Positions 50,304 through 60,394 of a stretch of DNA of 64,000 nucleotides are shown piece by piece. Source of the stretch: an uncultured Candidatus Rokubacteria bacterium (GTDB lineage: Bacteria; Methylomirabilota; Methylomirabilia; Rokubacteriales; DASRDR01); contig CAWDVE010000011.1 in NCBI GenBank assembly GCA_963805625.1, positions 64,001 through 128,000 on the forward strand, written 5' to 3'. A program made the translations under genes and the position numbers. Position 1 is the stretch's first letter. Each line of letters begins with the position of its first letter. The notes beneath the pieces were generated by a model. The model was not told where the DNA came from and made no database searches. It saw only the letters and a list, made by a program, of their open reading frames with translations.

Positions 50304-51356
50304 ATGGAGCGCGGCGATGATCGGCGGACCGCCCGGACACTCCGGCTCGGTGTTGTCCTGGGCCTTCTGTTTACGGGCGCGGTGCCTGCGGACGTGTCAG
50401 GCGTGGACGGAGTGCCCGTCGCCCAGGCGGGCGCGGGCGGGCCCCAAGTCGGGCCGCCCCGACCGACGCTCCGGCTCGGGCTCTCGGTACCGTACATCAA
50501 CTACCTCCCGGCCTACGTAGCGAAGGATCACACCTTCGAGGCCGAGGGGCTGGACGTCCATCTCGTGGCCTTCCGCGGGAGCGCTGAACTGGCCCAGGCG
50601 CTGGCGTCCGACTCCATCGACGTGGCCGCCGCCTCCGTCAGCACGGTGGTCAACCTCGTCACGGCCGGTCACGCGGTCAAGGTGTTCTATGGCGGCGTGT
50701 ACGGGTCGAACTGGGACTGGCTCGCCGCTGCCTCGATCGGCACCTTCACGGACCTCCGCGGGAAACGGATCGGCGTCTCGGCTCCCGGGTCGCTGGTGGA
50801 CTGGTTCACCCGGCACGCCCTCCGCCGGCACGGCCTCGACCCGGATCGAGACGTCCAGCTGATGTCGGTCGGAGGATCACCCTTTGCGTACCAGGCGTTG
50901 CGCGCCGGCCGCATCGATGCCGCCATGCTGGCACCGCCGTTCAAGTGGCAGGCCGCCGCCGCGGGCTTTCGGGTGATCGGCACGGCCGCAGCAGAGGTCT
51001 CCCCAGAGTGGCCGACGGTGGTGCTATTCGCCAAGGAAGCGTTCTTGGCGACCCAGGCGAACCGCATCCGGGCCCTCCTGCGCGCCTACGTGCGGGCGAT
51101 CGCTCGTGCCCGTGCGGATCGGAAGGCGACGTCGGACACGATCGTCCGGTGGCTCAAGCTCGAGCGCCCGGACGCCGAGCGCTCCTACGACGAGGTCATC
51201 GGCACCCTGAACGAGCGGGGTACCCTCCCCGCCCGGGGCATGGTGGTCTTCTGGGAGCTCGCGCAGACCGTCGGGGAGGTGACCGGGCCCTGGCCGGAGG
51301 CCCGCTACCTCGATCGACGGTTCATCGACACCTTCGACGCCTGGGCGCCCCGGTAG
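50304..51356 (+). CDS. NitT/TauT (NMT1/SsuA-like) ABC substrate-binding protein
   Basis: Signal/TM, EGLDV, DLRGKRIGVS..GS, GRIDAA. Confidence 0.9.
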   Translation: MERGDDRRTARTLRLGVVLGLLFTGAVPADVSGVDGVPVAQAGAGGPQVGPPRPTLRLGLSVPYINYLPAYVAKDHTFEAEGLDVHLVAFRGSAELAQALASDSIDVAAASVSTVVNLVTAGHAVKVFYGGVYGSNWDWLAAASIGTFTDLRGKRIGVSAPGSLVDWFTRHALRRHGLDPDRDVQLMSVGGSPFAYQALRAGRIDAAMLAPPFKWQAAAAGFRVIGTAAAEVSPEWPTVVLFAKEAFLATQANRIRALLRAYVRAIARARADRKATSDTIVRWLKLERPDAERSYDEVIGTLNERGTLPARGMVVFWELAQTVGEVTGPWPEARYLDRRFIDTFDAWAPR

Positions 51357-51392
51357 GACGAGCGTCCCCGGAGGGCGAGGCGTGCGGTACCG

Positions 51393-52181
51393 TCACCGAC
51401 CGCGAAAGACCGGCGGGCGCTTCTCCGTGAACGCGCGGACCCCTTCGGCGAAGTCCTCGCTGTGGCTGCTCTGCGCGATCGCCTGGCTCTCGTGCTCCAT
51501 CTGGGTCTCGAGGCTCTCGGTCGTCGAGAGGTGGAGAAGCCGCTTGCCGCGCCCGAGCGCGAGGGTCGGCCCCTGGGCGAGCTCCGCGGCCAGGGCTCGC
51601 ACCGCGCCGGGGAACTCCGCGTCGGGAACAGCCCGCGTCGCGAGCCCCCACTCCACGGCGTCCTTCGCGGTGAGCACGCGGTTCGTGTAGAAGAGCTCCA
51701 TCGCCCGGCGGATGCCGCAGAGTCGCGGCAGCCAGTAGGTCGACGACCCGTCCGGCGTGGCGGCGATGCGCGAGTAGGCCATCGTGAACCGCGCGGACTC
51801 GGCGGCGACCACGAGATCGCCCGCCAGCGCGAGCGCCAGCCCGCCGCCGGCGGCCACGCCGTTGACGGCGGTGATCACGGGCTTCGGCGTCCGCACGAGC
51901 CGCGAGACCACTCCGTGGATGAACGTCGTCAGCTCCTTGATCAGGATCCCGATGCGCGGCAGGCTCTGTGTGAACTCCTTGACGTCCCCGCCGCCGCAGA
52001 AGGCCTTCCCCGCTCCGGTGAGCACGACGCAGCGCACGGCCGGGTCCTCGTCCACCTCGAGCACCGCGCCGAAGAGCTCCCGGCCGAGCGTGAGGCTGAG
52101 CGCGTTGTAGGCCTCCGGGCGGTTCAGGGTGATGGTGGCGATACCCTGGGCGACGTCGAGCGTGATGGTTTCGTAGCGCAT
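51393..52181 (-). CDS. Enoyl-CoA hydratase/isomerase (PaaG-like crotonase)
   Basis: LNRPEAYNAL, FCGGGD, VNGVAAGGG, PDGSSTYWLPRL, EGVRAF.EKR. Confidence 0.93.
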   Translation of the reverse strand: MRYETITLDVAQGIATITLNRPEAYNALSLTLGRELFGAVLEVDEDPAVRCVVLTGAGKAFCGGGDVKEFTQSLPRIGILIKELTTFIHGVVSRLVRTPKPVITAVNGVAAGGGLALALAGDLVVAAESARFTMAYSRIAATPDGSSTYWLPRLCGIRRAMELFYTNRVLTAKDAVEWGLATRAVPDAEFPGAVRALAAELAQGPTLALGRGKRLLHLSTTESLETQMEHESQAIAQSSHSEDFAEGVRAFTEKRPPVFRGR

Positions 52182-52292
52182 CGAGTGTCTCTCCCTCTCC
52201 GGGGTTTGACCCCGGCGACGGCCGCATTCTGCCACGCGCGCCGAGCCAGCCGCCAGCGTGTGCGCCGGGAGGAACTTCGGTAGAATGAGCGG

Positions 52293-53414
52293 GTGACCCA
52301 GCGCCTCACCTGGTTCGTCGCCGTCATCCTCGTGGCCGCGCTCCTCGTCCTCGGGGGCATCGTCTCGATCCGCGTCGACGTCCACCCGCCGCGCTGGGCG
52401 GCCGCCGAGTTCTGGACGAACGCGCCGAAGGACGGACCGCTCCCGCCCGCGTACCAGCTCTGGGTCGACCTCGCCAAGGCGGCGCGGCCCGCCGTCGTCA
52501 ACGTCAGCACGCAGGCGCCCATGTCGGATCCGCGTGCCGAGTTCTTTCGCCGCTTCTTCGAGGGCGGGCCTCCCGGCAGCAGCCCGCGGTCGAGTCTCGG
52601 CTCCGGGTTCATCATCTCGTCTGACGGCTACGTCGTGACCAACAACCACGTCGTGGCGAGCGGCGGCGACATCATCGTGCGCCTCTCGCGGGGCACCGAG
52701 CACGCCGCGCGTGTCGTGGGCACCGACCCGCCGACGGACCTCGCCCTGCTGAAGATCGACACCTCGACCCTGGCGGTGCTCCCCCTGGGCGACTCGGACC
52801 GGCTGCAAGTCGGGGAGCCCGTGATGGCGATCGGCAACCCGTTCGGCCTCGACCAGACCGTGACGACCGGGATCGTGAGCGCCAAGGAGCGGTTCATCGG
52901 GAGCGGGCCGTACGACGAGTTCGTCCAGACCGACGCGTCGATCAACCCGGGTAACTCGGGAGGGCCGCTGCTCGACAGCCGCGGCGCGGTCGTCGGGATC
53001 AACAGCGCGATCTTCTCCCAGTCGGGCGGCTCCATCGGGATCGGCTTCGCGATCCCGATCAACCTCGCGAAGACCGTCCTGCTACAGCTCCGGGACCGAG
53101 GCGCGGTTGTCCGCGGCTACCTCGGGGTGGCCGTCCGCCCGGTCACGCCGGAGGCGGCCGAGTCCGCCGGGCTCAAGGAGCAGAAGGGCGTCGTCATCGA
53201 GAACGTCGTCGAGGGCTCTCCGGCCGAGAAGGCGGGCGTCCAGAAGGGCGACGTGATCGTCGCCGTCAACGACCAGGCCGTCGCCGCGCCGCAGGAGCTC
53301 ACCCGCCGGATCGTCGGGACCGCGCCCGGCACGCGGGTCGAGCTTTCGCTCGTGCGCAAGGGCAAGCCGCTCAAGCTGCCCGTCGAGCTCGGCCGCCTCC
53401 CCGACCGCCGCTGA
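52293..53414 (+). CDS. HtrA/DegP-family serine protease with one PDZ domain
   Basis: GSGFI, TNNHV, DLAL, QTDASINPGNSGG, GIGFAIP. Confidence 0.95.
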   Translation: MTQRLTWFVAVILVAALLVLGGIVSIRVDVHPPRWAAAEFWTNAPKDGPLPPAYQLWVDLAKAARPAVVNVSTQAPMSDPRAEFFRRFFEGGPPGSSPRSSLGSGFIISSDGYVVTNNHVVASGGDIIVRLSRGTEHAARVVGTDPPTDLALLKIDTSTLAVLPLGDSDRLQVGEPVMAIGNPFGLDQTVTTGIVSAKERFIGSGPYDEFVQTDASINPGNSGGPLLDSRGAVVGINSAIFSQSGGSIGIGFAIPINLAKTVLLQLRDRGAVVRGYLGVAVRPVTPEAAESAGLKEQKGVVIENVVEGSPAEKAGVQKGDVIVAVNDQAVAAPQELTRRIVGTAPGTRVELSLVRKGKPLKLPVELGRLPDRR

Positions 53415-53419
53415 CCCCG

Positions 53420-54253
53420 TCGCCGACCGGCGCACCGGCACGCGCGTGGCCCGACGCCGCGCGGCAAGCGCCGGGCGCCAGCCGGGGCACCCCGGCCGCC
53501 TCGCGGCCTGTCCGGCCCGCCCGGGCCCGGCCCGCGGTCCACGACGCCGACAAGATCGCCCGCGATCTCGATGTCCGGCGCGGTCGGCCGGTTGAGTCGC
53601 GTCTCGGCCCGCCAGAGCGCGCGCCCGGTCGCCCCGTCGAACGCCTGCACCACCCCGTCGGCGGTAAGGACGGTGATCCGCCCGCCGCCGACTGCCAGGC
53701 ACTGGCGGCAGGCCCCGTGGATCGCGTCGGACATCACCGCCGTCCACAGCGACGCCCCCGTGCCGAGCGCGCGCGCCTCGAGCCGCTCGCGGAACGCGAC
53801 GAGCACGCGGTCGCTGTCGAGCCACAGGCGCACCAGACCCGCATCCGGCCCCGTCACGCCGTCGAGCGCAAGATCCCAGCGCGCCTTGTCCGCCGGCGGC
53901 AGGGCGATCCTGGTGAGGTACACGCGCGCCCCGCCCGACTACCTCGCCCCCGAGCGGACCACCTCGGCGACCGGCTGGGCGTTCTCCTGGCTCAGGACGA
54001 CGGCGCCCTCAGCGAGCGGGAGGACGGCGCCCCGCGCGACCCGTCCGCCTTCGAAGAGGAGCGCCCGGAGCTCCGGCACCCCGAAGAGCGTGCGGTAGAG
54101 CCCGAGCCCGACGCCGCCCACCATGAGGATCGGCAAGCCGATCGCGACCACGATCGCCATCACGAGCCCGAGGCCCCGCAAGCGGCGCCGGCGACGGGCC
54201 GGCGGGCCGCCTGGGCCCCCCGAACCCCCGGTGGTGATGCGGATCACCTGCAC
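53420..54253 (-). pseudogene. Membrane-anchored PQQ-repeat beta-propeller protein, interrupted by an in-frame TAG (53939-53941) and truncated
   Basis: TM segment, then ARALGTGASLW and AFDGATGRALW repeats; the two ORF pieces share a frame. Confidence 0.6.
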
Positions 54254-54269
54254 GCGAGACGCTGGTCTT

Positions 54270-55064
54270 CGTGACGCCGCCGATGGACGCGTCACGCAGC
54301 TCCGCGAGGAATCCGCGGATCGCGGCGTTGACCAGGGCGGGCTGCGCCAGCTGGGGAAAGTGCCCGGCGCCCGGGATCTCCAGCAGGCGCGCTCCCGGAA
54401 TCGTCTCCGCGAGGAACCGGCCGTACCGGAGCGGCGTGAGGCGGTCCTCGGTGCCCCGTCACGATGAGCGTGGGCGTCCGGATCCCGGCGAGGCGGTCCC
54501 GGACATCGAACCGGTCGCAGGCGAGGTAGTCGCCAAGCGTCACGAGCGCCACCCCCTCGCGCAGGACGCGATGGACCATCTCGACGCACTCCCGCGGAGC
54601 GGCGGCGCCGAACGAGAGGTCCTGGATGAGGTTCTGCCCTTCCCGGGGGTCTTGGCGCAGGAGGTCCACGATCCGGGCCAGCACCCGGAGCCGCGCGCCC
54701 GTGCCGATGAGGATCAACCCGGCGAGGTCCGCCGGCTGCGCGAGCGCGAGGGTCTGCGCGACGGCGCCACCCATGGAGTGTCCGACGAGGACCGGCGGTT
54801 CGTCGCCGAGCGCCCCGAGAAAGCCGCCGAGCCACTCCGCGTACGCCGCGACGCTGGGCTTGCCTCGACCGCCGAGCGGCCCCTGACCCGGCCGGTCGGG
54901 CGCCACGACCCGCGCGACGTCGGCGAGCCCGTCGAGCTGCGGCTGCCAGAGCTCCGCGGACCCGCCGGCGCCGTGAATCAGGACGAGCGGCGGGCCTGAC
55001 CCCGCCTCGAGCCACGCCGCCGGCTGCCCGGTGACGGACCGGGTGCGCCGGGCGGCCCTATCAC
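54270..55064 (-). pseudogene. Alpha/beta hydrolase with frameshifts near 55045 and 54455
   Basis: LVLIHGAGG, GHSMGG, then EDRLTP..IPGAGHF in another frame; may be an intact gene with sequencing errors. Confidence 0.75.
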
Positions 55065-56173
55065 AGGACCGCGCCGCGCGCGGTGATCGGCCAGAGCGCC
55101 TCGACCCGGCCGCCGCGCACCGCGACGTACCAGTCGTACAGGTTGATCGTCGGGTCGCAGTGACCGGGGATCAGCCACACGCGGTCGCCGAGCCGGAGGC
55201 CCTGGCCCCCGCTCCCGACCCGCAGCACGCCGTGCTCGTCCGACGCCCGCTGGAATTCGACGTCGGCCAGACCGTGGACGCGGGGCATGCCCTTGTCGAC
55301 CGAGAGCGCCTTGAGCCCGGCGTCGACCACCGCGCGCTCGGGGGCCGCGCGGCTCATCACCGTCGCCAGGACGAAGAGCGACTGCGTGAACTCGCGCGGG
55401 AATCCCTCGACGAGGCCGTACTCCACGTCCATGAAACAGTAGGAGCCGGCCTGGACCTCGGTGTAGACGCCGCTCGCGACCTCCCAGCGATAGCTGCCCG
55501 TCCCCGCCCCCGAGACGGTCTCGCAGGCAAGTCCCTGCCGCTTGAGGAGATCGATGGTCTGCCGCACGTCGGCGATGCCCGCCTCGATCGCCGCCCGCCG
55601 CTTCTCCACCTCGTTGATGTGCTGCGCGCGCCCGTAGTAGGCCTGGAGTCCCGCGAAGCGCAGGCCGCGCTGGGCGGCGACGTGTCGGGCCAGCGCGACC
55701 GCCGGTTCGCCGGGCAGGACGCCGCAGCGGAGGTTGCCGACGTCGATCTCGACCAGGACGGGCAAGCGCACCCCCGCGGCGCGCGCCGCCGCGGCGAGGT
55801 CGTCGACGTTCCGCGGATCATCGACGCACACGGAGACCTCGGCCTGCCGGGCGAGCCCGACAAGCCGCTCGATCTTGCGCCGGTCCACGATCTCGTTCGA
55901 GACGAGGACGTTCCGCACGCCCCCGGCGACCATGGCCTCAGCCTCGCTCACCTTCTGGCAGCAGGATCCGACGGCGCCCCGGGCGATCTGGTGAAGCGCG
56001 ACGATGGGGCACTTGTGGGTCTTCGCGTGACCGCGGAGGCGGACGGGCGTGCCGGCGAGCGAGGCGGCCATCAAGTCCAGGTTGTGCTCGTAGGCGTCGA
56101 GGTCGACGACGAGCGCCGGGGTCTCGATGTCGGAAACGGACATCCCTACGTCGGCGGGCGGACGGGTCGTCAT
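55061..56173 (-). CDS. DSD1-family fold-III PLP enzyme (D-threonine aldolase/D-serine dehydratase-like)
   Basis: TPALVVD, HAKTHK, QKVSEAE, GAGTG, EVQAGSY, SDEHG, PGHCDPT. Confidence 0.93.
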   Translation of the reverse strand: MTTRPPADVGMSVSDIETPALVVDLDAYEHNLDLMAASLAGTPVRLRGHAKTHKCPIVALHQIARGAVGSCCQKVSEAEAMVAGGVRNVLVSNEIVDRRKIERLVGLARQAEVSVCVDDPRNVDDLAAAARAAGVRLPVLVEIDVGNLRCGVLPGEPAVALARHVAAQRGLRFAGLQAYYGRAQHINEVEKRRAAIEAGIADVRQTIDLLKRQGLACETVSGAGTGSYRWEVASGVYTEVQAGSYCFMDVEYGLVEGFPREFTQSLFVLATVMSRAAPERAVVDAGLKALSVDKGMPRVHGLADVEFQRASDEHGVLRVGSGGQGLRLGDRVWLIPGHCDPTINLYDWYVAVRGGRVEALWPITARGAVL

Positions 56174-56264
56174 GAGGGAAGCTCCAGGATGAAGGTGACC
56201 AGGAGAAGCCGAGGGCCGCGCGGCGACGCGCGGCGGGCGTGGGGACTCGAGCGAGATACCGGGT

Positions 56265-57335
56265 TCACAGGCGCGGGAGCACCTCGTCGACGAGGAGCCG
56301 CATGGACCGTGTCCATGCCTCGCGCGGCTCCCACTCGTGGCCGATGACGAGGAGCGTCCCGAAGTCGCCCACGTCGGCGCGGAGGGCGCGGATGCAGCGG
56401 ACCACCTCGTCGGGATCGCCCACGAGCCAGGTGTTGTCCGCCAGGTACTCGAGCGTGACCGCGCTGTCGGGCATCCCGGGATCCTGCTTGAGCATCTCCA
56501 GGCCACGCCCCTTCTTGATCAGCGGGAAGAAGTAGCCGGTCCAGTCCCGCGCCATCGGGCCGGCGAGCGCCTGACGGCGCGCCTCCGCCGTCGTATCGGC
56601 GATGAAGACGTCGCGGGCGATGCGCCAGGTCGCGCGATCGGCCACGCGCCCTCCCTGCCGCGCCCCCGCCTCGACCGAGCTCCAGTGCGTCTTGAGAACG
56701 CGGGGCGGCACGAAGTTGATGCTCATGGGGATGTAGCCGCGCTCACCGGCCAGGGCCAGCGTGTCCGACTTCTCGCTGACGCCCGCGACGGCGATCTGCG
56801 GGTGGGGCCGCTGATAGGGCCGGAGGTGGAGCCGGAGCGCGATGTCCTCCTGCGGCTCCGGGACGCGGAACCGCCAGTGGGGCGCCTCGTAGATGCCCGG
56901 CTTCGGGTCGTTCCAGAGGTCGAGGATCAGATCGAGCGCCGCGCGCGTGACCGTGCGGTGCTCGCCGGCCTTCGCGTCGAGCTCGAAGAGCTCGAGGTCG
57001 CCCGGGAAGCCACCCGAGCCGACGCCCCAAAGGAACCGGCCCTGCGCCATCTGGTCGAGCTGGGCGATGCGCTGGGCCAGCATCAAGGGGTTGTGGTTCG
57101 GGAGGCACGACACGCCGGTCCCCAGCTTCATCCGGCGCGTCACCCCGAGCGCCTGGGCGATGAAGAGGTCGGGGCACGGGATATTCTCCCACTCCGCCGT
57201 GATGTGCTCGCCGACCCATGCCTCCTCGTAGCCGAGCTGGTCCAGGAAGACGAGCTGCTCGAGGTCGTCGGCCATCGTGAGGCCGGGATCCGCACCGGGC
57301 GGGTGGAGAGGCATCGTGAAGTAGCCGACGTGCAT
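56265..57335 (-). CDS. LLM-class flavin-dependent monooxygenase
   Basis: FTMPLHPP, AWVGEH, KLGTGV..LP.H.P, PYQRPHP. Confidence 0.92.
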   Translation of the reverse strand: MHVGYFTMPLHPPGADPGLTMADDLEQLVFLDQLGYEEAWVGEHITAEWENIPCPDLFIAQALGVTRRMKLGTGVSCLPNHNPLMLAQRIAQLDQMAQGRFLWGVGSGGFPGDLELFELDAKAGEHRTVTRAALDLILDLWNDPKPGIYEAPHWRFRVPEPQEDIALRLHLRPYQRPHPQIAVAGVSEKSDTLALAGERGYIPMSINFVPPRVLKTHWSSVEAGARQGGRVADRATWRIARDVFIADTTAEARRQALAGPMARDWTGYFFPLIKKGRGLEMLKQDPGMPDSAVTLEYLADNTWLVGDPDEVVRCIRALRADVGDFGTLLVIGHEWEPREAWTRSMRLLVDEVLPRL

Positions 57336-57485
57336 CCAGGCCTCCCTGTCGTGCCGAGGGCCGGCTCGGGCCGGCCCAGACGTGACCCGGTTAGCCTACC
57401 ACGGGGCGTCGCGGCCGGCGGGCCGGCGATGTAGACTGATCGGCGGTCCCGATTTCATTTCCCCGAACCAGGAGGAACAACCCCG

Positions 57486-58598
57486 ATGTCAGAGACGGGC
57501 CGGCTGGCGGCGTGGATGGGCCTGGGCAAGGGCTTCGAGATCCGCGAGTACCCGGTGCCGGATCCCAAGCCCGGCGCGCTCCTCGTCAAGGTCGCGATCG
57601 CGAACGTCTGCGGCTCCGACATGCACTACTGGAAGGGTGAGCAAGATATGGAGAAGCGGGGGCGGAAGCTCCCGCTGAATACCGGCCACGAGCACATGGG
57701 CACGGTCTGCCGCCTCGGCGACGGGGTGACAACCGACTCGGCGGGCCAGCCCCTCCGCGAGGGCGACCGCGTCATCTACCGCTACTTCCTGCCCTGCGGG
57801 CGCTGCCGCGCCTGCCTTCGCCGTCAGTTCAAGTCGTGCCCCACACGCCAGTCGAACTGGAGCGTGTCCTGCGACGTGTGGCCGCATTTCCAGGGGGGGT
57901 ACGGCGACTACTTTTACCTCGGGCCCAATCACGCGATCTTCCGGATCCCCGACGAGATCACCGACGAGATGGCCGCGGGCATCAACTGCGCGTTCACCCA
58001 GGTCTATGCGGCCCTCGAGATCGCGGGGTTCAAGGCGGGACGGACGGTCGCGATCCAGGGAGCGGGAGGGCTCGGCGTCTACGCGTGCGCCGTCGCTCGC
58101 GAGATGGGCGCCGCCAAGGTGATCGTGATCGACGGCGTCGAGGAGCGCCTCGCGCTCGCCCGGGACTTCGGCGCCGACGAGCTGGTGGACCTCCGCGAGT
58201 GCCCGACGCCCGCGGCGCGGATCGAGCGCGTGCTGGAGCTCACGGAGCGGTGGGGGGCCGACGTGGTGATGGAGCTGGTCGGCAATCCGAACGTCGTCGA
58301 CGAGGGGCTGCGAATGACGGCGCCCGAGGGCGCGTACCTCGAGGTCGGCAACATCAACGTCGGCTGGGAGACGCGGTTCGACCCCTCGTGGATCCTGTTC
58401 GGCAACCGCCGGATCATCGGCGTGGCCCACTACGAGGCCGAGCACCTGAAGGCCGCCCTCGACCTCATGATCCGGACACGCCAGCGATACCCGTACGACC
58501 GCATCCTCTCCCACAAGTTCCCGCTCGTCGAGATCAACGAGGCCTTCCGGCAGCAGGAGGACGGCCACGTCACGCGCGGGGCGATCGTCCCGAACTGA
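57486..58598 (+). CDS. Zinc-binding alcohol dehydrogenase (5-exo-hydroxycamphor dehydrogenase-like MDR)
   Basis: CGSD.H, GHE, CGRCRAC..C, GAGGLG. Confidence 0.92.
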   Translation: MSETGRLAAWMGLGKGFEIREYPVPDPKPGALLVKVAIANVCGSDMHYWKGEQDMEKRGRKLPLNTGHEHMGTVCRLGDGVTTDSAGQPLREGDRVIYRYFLPCGRCRACLRRQFKSCPTRQSNWSVSCDVWPHFQGGYGDYFYLGPNHAIFRIPDEITDEMAAGINCAFTQVYAALEIAGFKAGRTVAIQGAGGLGVYACAVAREMGAAKVIVIDGVEERLALARDFGADELVDLRECPTPAARIERVLELTERWGADVVMELVGNPNVVDEGLRMTAPEGAYLEVGNINVGWETRFDPSWILFGNRRIIGVAHYEAEHLKAALDLMIRTRQRYPYDRILSHKFPLVEINEAFRQQEDGHVTRGAIVPN

Positions 58599-58810
58599 TC
58601 AGCCGCGCCCGGCCGGCACCCCGGCCCGGAAGGGGCGCGCTATACTCGGCCAGCATGGACGGTCCGGTCGCCACGCGCTCAAGGGCAGCGGCCGGCCCCG
58701 GGCCCGAGCATCGGCAAGCCGCAGCCGAGTCGCATCAAAACCTCCTGACGTCGCGGATGGGGATTGCGCGGCGGGAGCGCCCCGACGGCCTCGCATCTGG
58801 CCGTCTCGCC

Positions 58811-58840
58811 TTGACAGGCGTCGGGCCCCTGGCCCAGACT
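58811..58840 (+). promoter_or_regulatory. Possible sigma-70 promoter of the sugar ABC operon
   Basis: TTGACA-18nt-CAGACT, about 54 nt upstream of ATG 58894. Confidence 0.4.
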
Positions 58841-58893
58841 GATCGCCGCACGTGAACGCCGAATCCGATCTTAGCATGCCAAAGGAGGGTGTC

Positions 58894-60246
58894 ATGGACG
58901 ACACTCGGTCCGGCCCGCGCGTCGACGCCGTCTCGCGCCGCACCGTGCTCCGCCTCGGGGGCGCCGCCCTCGCGGGCGCCGCCACGGGGCCGTTCGTCTT
59001 CACACCCGCACGCGCCCAGGGCTTCAACTGGAAGCGCTTCCAGGGGAAGGAGCTGTTCTTCCTCTTCTACAAGCACCCGTGGGTCGACGAGATGGTGAAG
59101 CATGTCCCGGAGTTCGAGTCGATGACCGGGATGAAGGTCAAGCACGAGATCCTGCCCGAGGTCCAGGGCCGCCAGAAGCTGGTCGTCGAGATGACGGGCG
59201 GCTCGGGCGGGGTCGACGGCTTCCACTCGTCCACGCACGTCGAGAAGCGCCGCTTCTGGAAGTCGGGCTGGTACCAGCCGATCAACAAGTACCTCGAGGA
59301 CGCGACATTGACGCCGCCCGACTTCGACTGGAACGACATCCTGCCGGGGGCGAAGCTCGCCGTGCAGCAGCCGGACCAGTCGATCAGCGGCATCCCGACC
59401 TTCGTCGATCCCTTCGTCCTGTTCTACCGGAAGGACCTCTACGACCAGAAGGGATGGAAGGCGCCCAAGACGGTGGCCGAGATGGAGACCCAGGCGAAGG
59501 CGCTCCACGGGCCCCCCGGCATGTACGGCATCGTCTACCGCGGGCTCAAGAACGCGAACGCGACGCCCTGGGCCTACCTGCTGTACGCGATGGGCGGCGA
59601 CTACCTCACGAAGGACGGCAAGTCGGCCATCAACACGCCCGAGTGGGCGAAGACCATGGACCTCTACGCGGGCATGCTCCGCCAGTACGGCCCGCCGGGC
59701 GTCGTGAACTTCAACTGGTACGAGTGCTCGGCGGCCTTCATGCAAGGCCAGGTGGGCATCTACTTCGACGGAGTCAACTTCGCCAACCAGTTCGAGGACC
59801 CGGCCAAGTCGAAGATCGCCGGCAAGGTCGCGTACTCGGTCCTACCGGCGGGTCCGGGCGGCCACCACACGTGCACCTTCACGAACGCAATGGCCGTGTC
59901 CGCCCAGAGCAAGAACAAGGAGGCCGCGTACCTCTTCTGCTGCTGGTCGACGAACAAGCAGAACGCCGTCCGAGAGCTCCTGGCCGGCGTCGGGGTGGGC
60001 CGCGCTTCGACGTGGGCGAACCCCGAGGTCAAGGCGAAGCCGAAGATGCCGCAGAGCTGGTACGACGCGTACCTGGAGTCGCTCAAGATCGGGAAGCCCG
60101 GCCTCCCCGAGATCAACAGCGTCACCGAGTACCGGGACATCATCGGCGTCGCCATCCAGAAGGCGATCGAGGGCATGCCCTCGGCCCAGGCACTGGCGGA
60201 GGCGCACAAGGACTTCCAGGATCTCCTGAACCGCACCGAAAGCTAG
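58894..60246 (+). CDS. Carbohydrate ABC substrate-binding protein with Tat signal
   Basis: SRRTVL twin-Arg; LFYRKD, F.QGQVG, LPAGP. Confidence 0.92.
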   Translation: MDDTRSGPRVDAVSRRTVLRLGGAALAGAATGPFVFTPARAQGFNWKRFQGKELFFLFYKHPWVDEMVKHVPEFESMTGMKVKHEILPEVQGRQKLVVEMTGGSGGVDGFHSSTHVEKRRFWKSGWYQPINKYLEDATLTPPDFDWNDILPGAKLAVQQPDQSISGIPTFVDPFVLFYRKDLYDQKGWKAPKTVAEMETQAKALHGPPGMYGIVYRGLKNANATPWAYLLYAMGGDYLTKDGKSAINTPEWAKTMDLYAGMLRQYGPPGVVNFNWYECSAAFMQGQVGIYFDGVNFANQFEDPAKSKIAGKVAYSVLPAGPGGHHTCTFTNAMAVSAQSKNKEAAYLFCCWSTNKQNAVRELLAGVGVGRASTWANPEVKAKPKMPQSWYDAYLESLKIGKPGLPEINSVTEYRDIIGVAIQKAIEGMPSAQALAEAHKDFQDLLNRTES

Positions 60247-60394
60247 GCGCCATCCGGATCTGCTGAGGCGGGTGGCGTCGGGCTGCTGGCCCGGCCGCGC
60301 GAAGTGAGACCCTCGTCAGGGTGACGGAGCGCGGCCGGGCTATAGAGCCCGTCGACAGGACCCGCCGCATCCCGGCCGCCATGAGGGAGCACAC

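Noticed and set aside
53939-53941. In-frame TAG as pyrrolysine recoding
   Set aside because: No pyl genes or methyltransferase context; the gene is also truncated, so decay is simpler.
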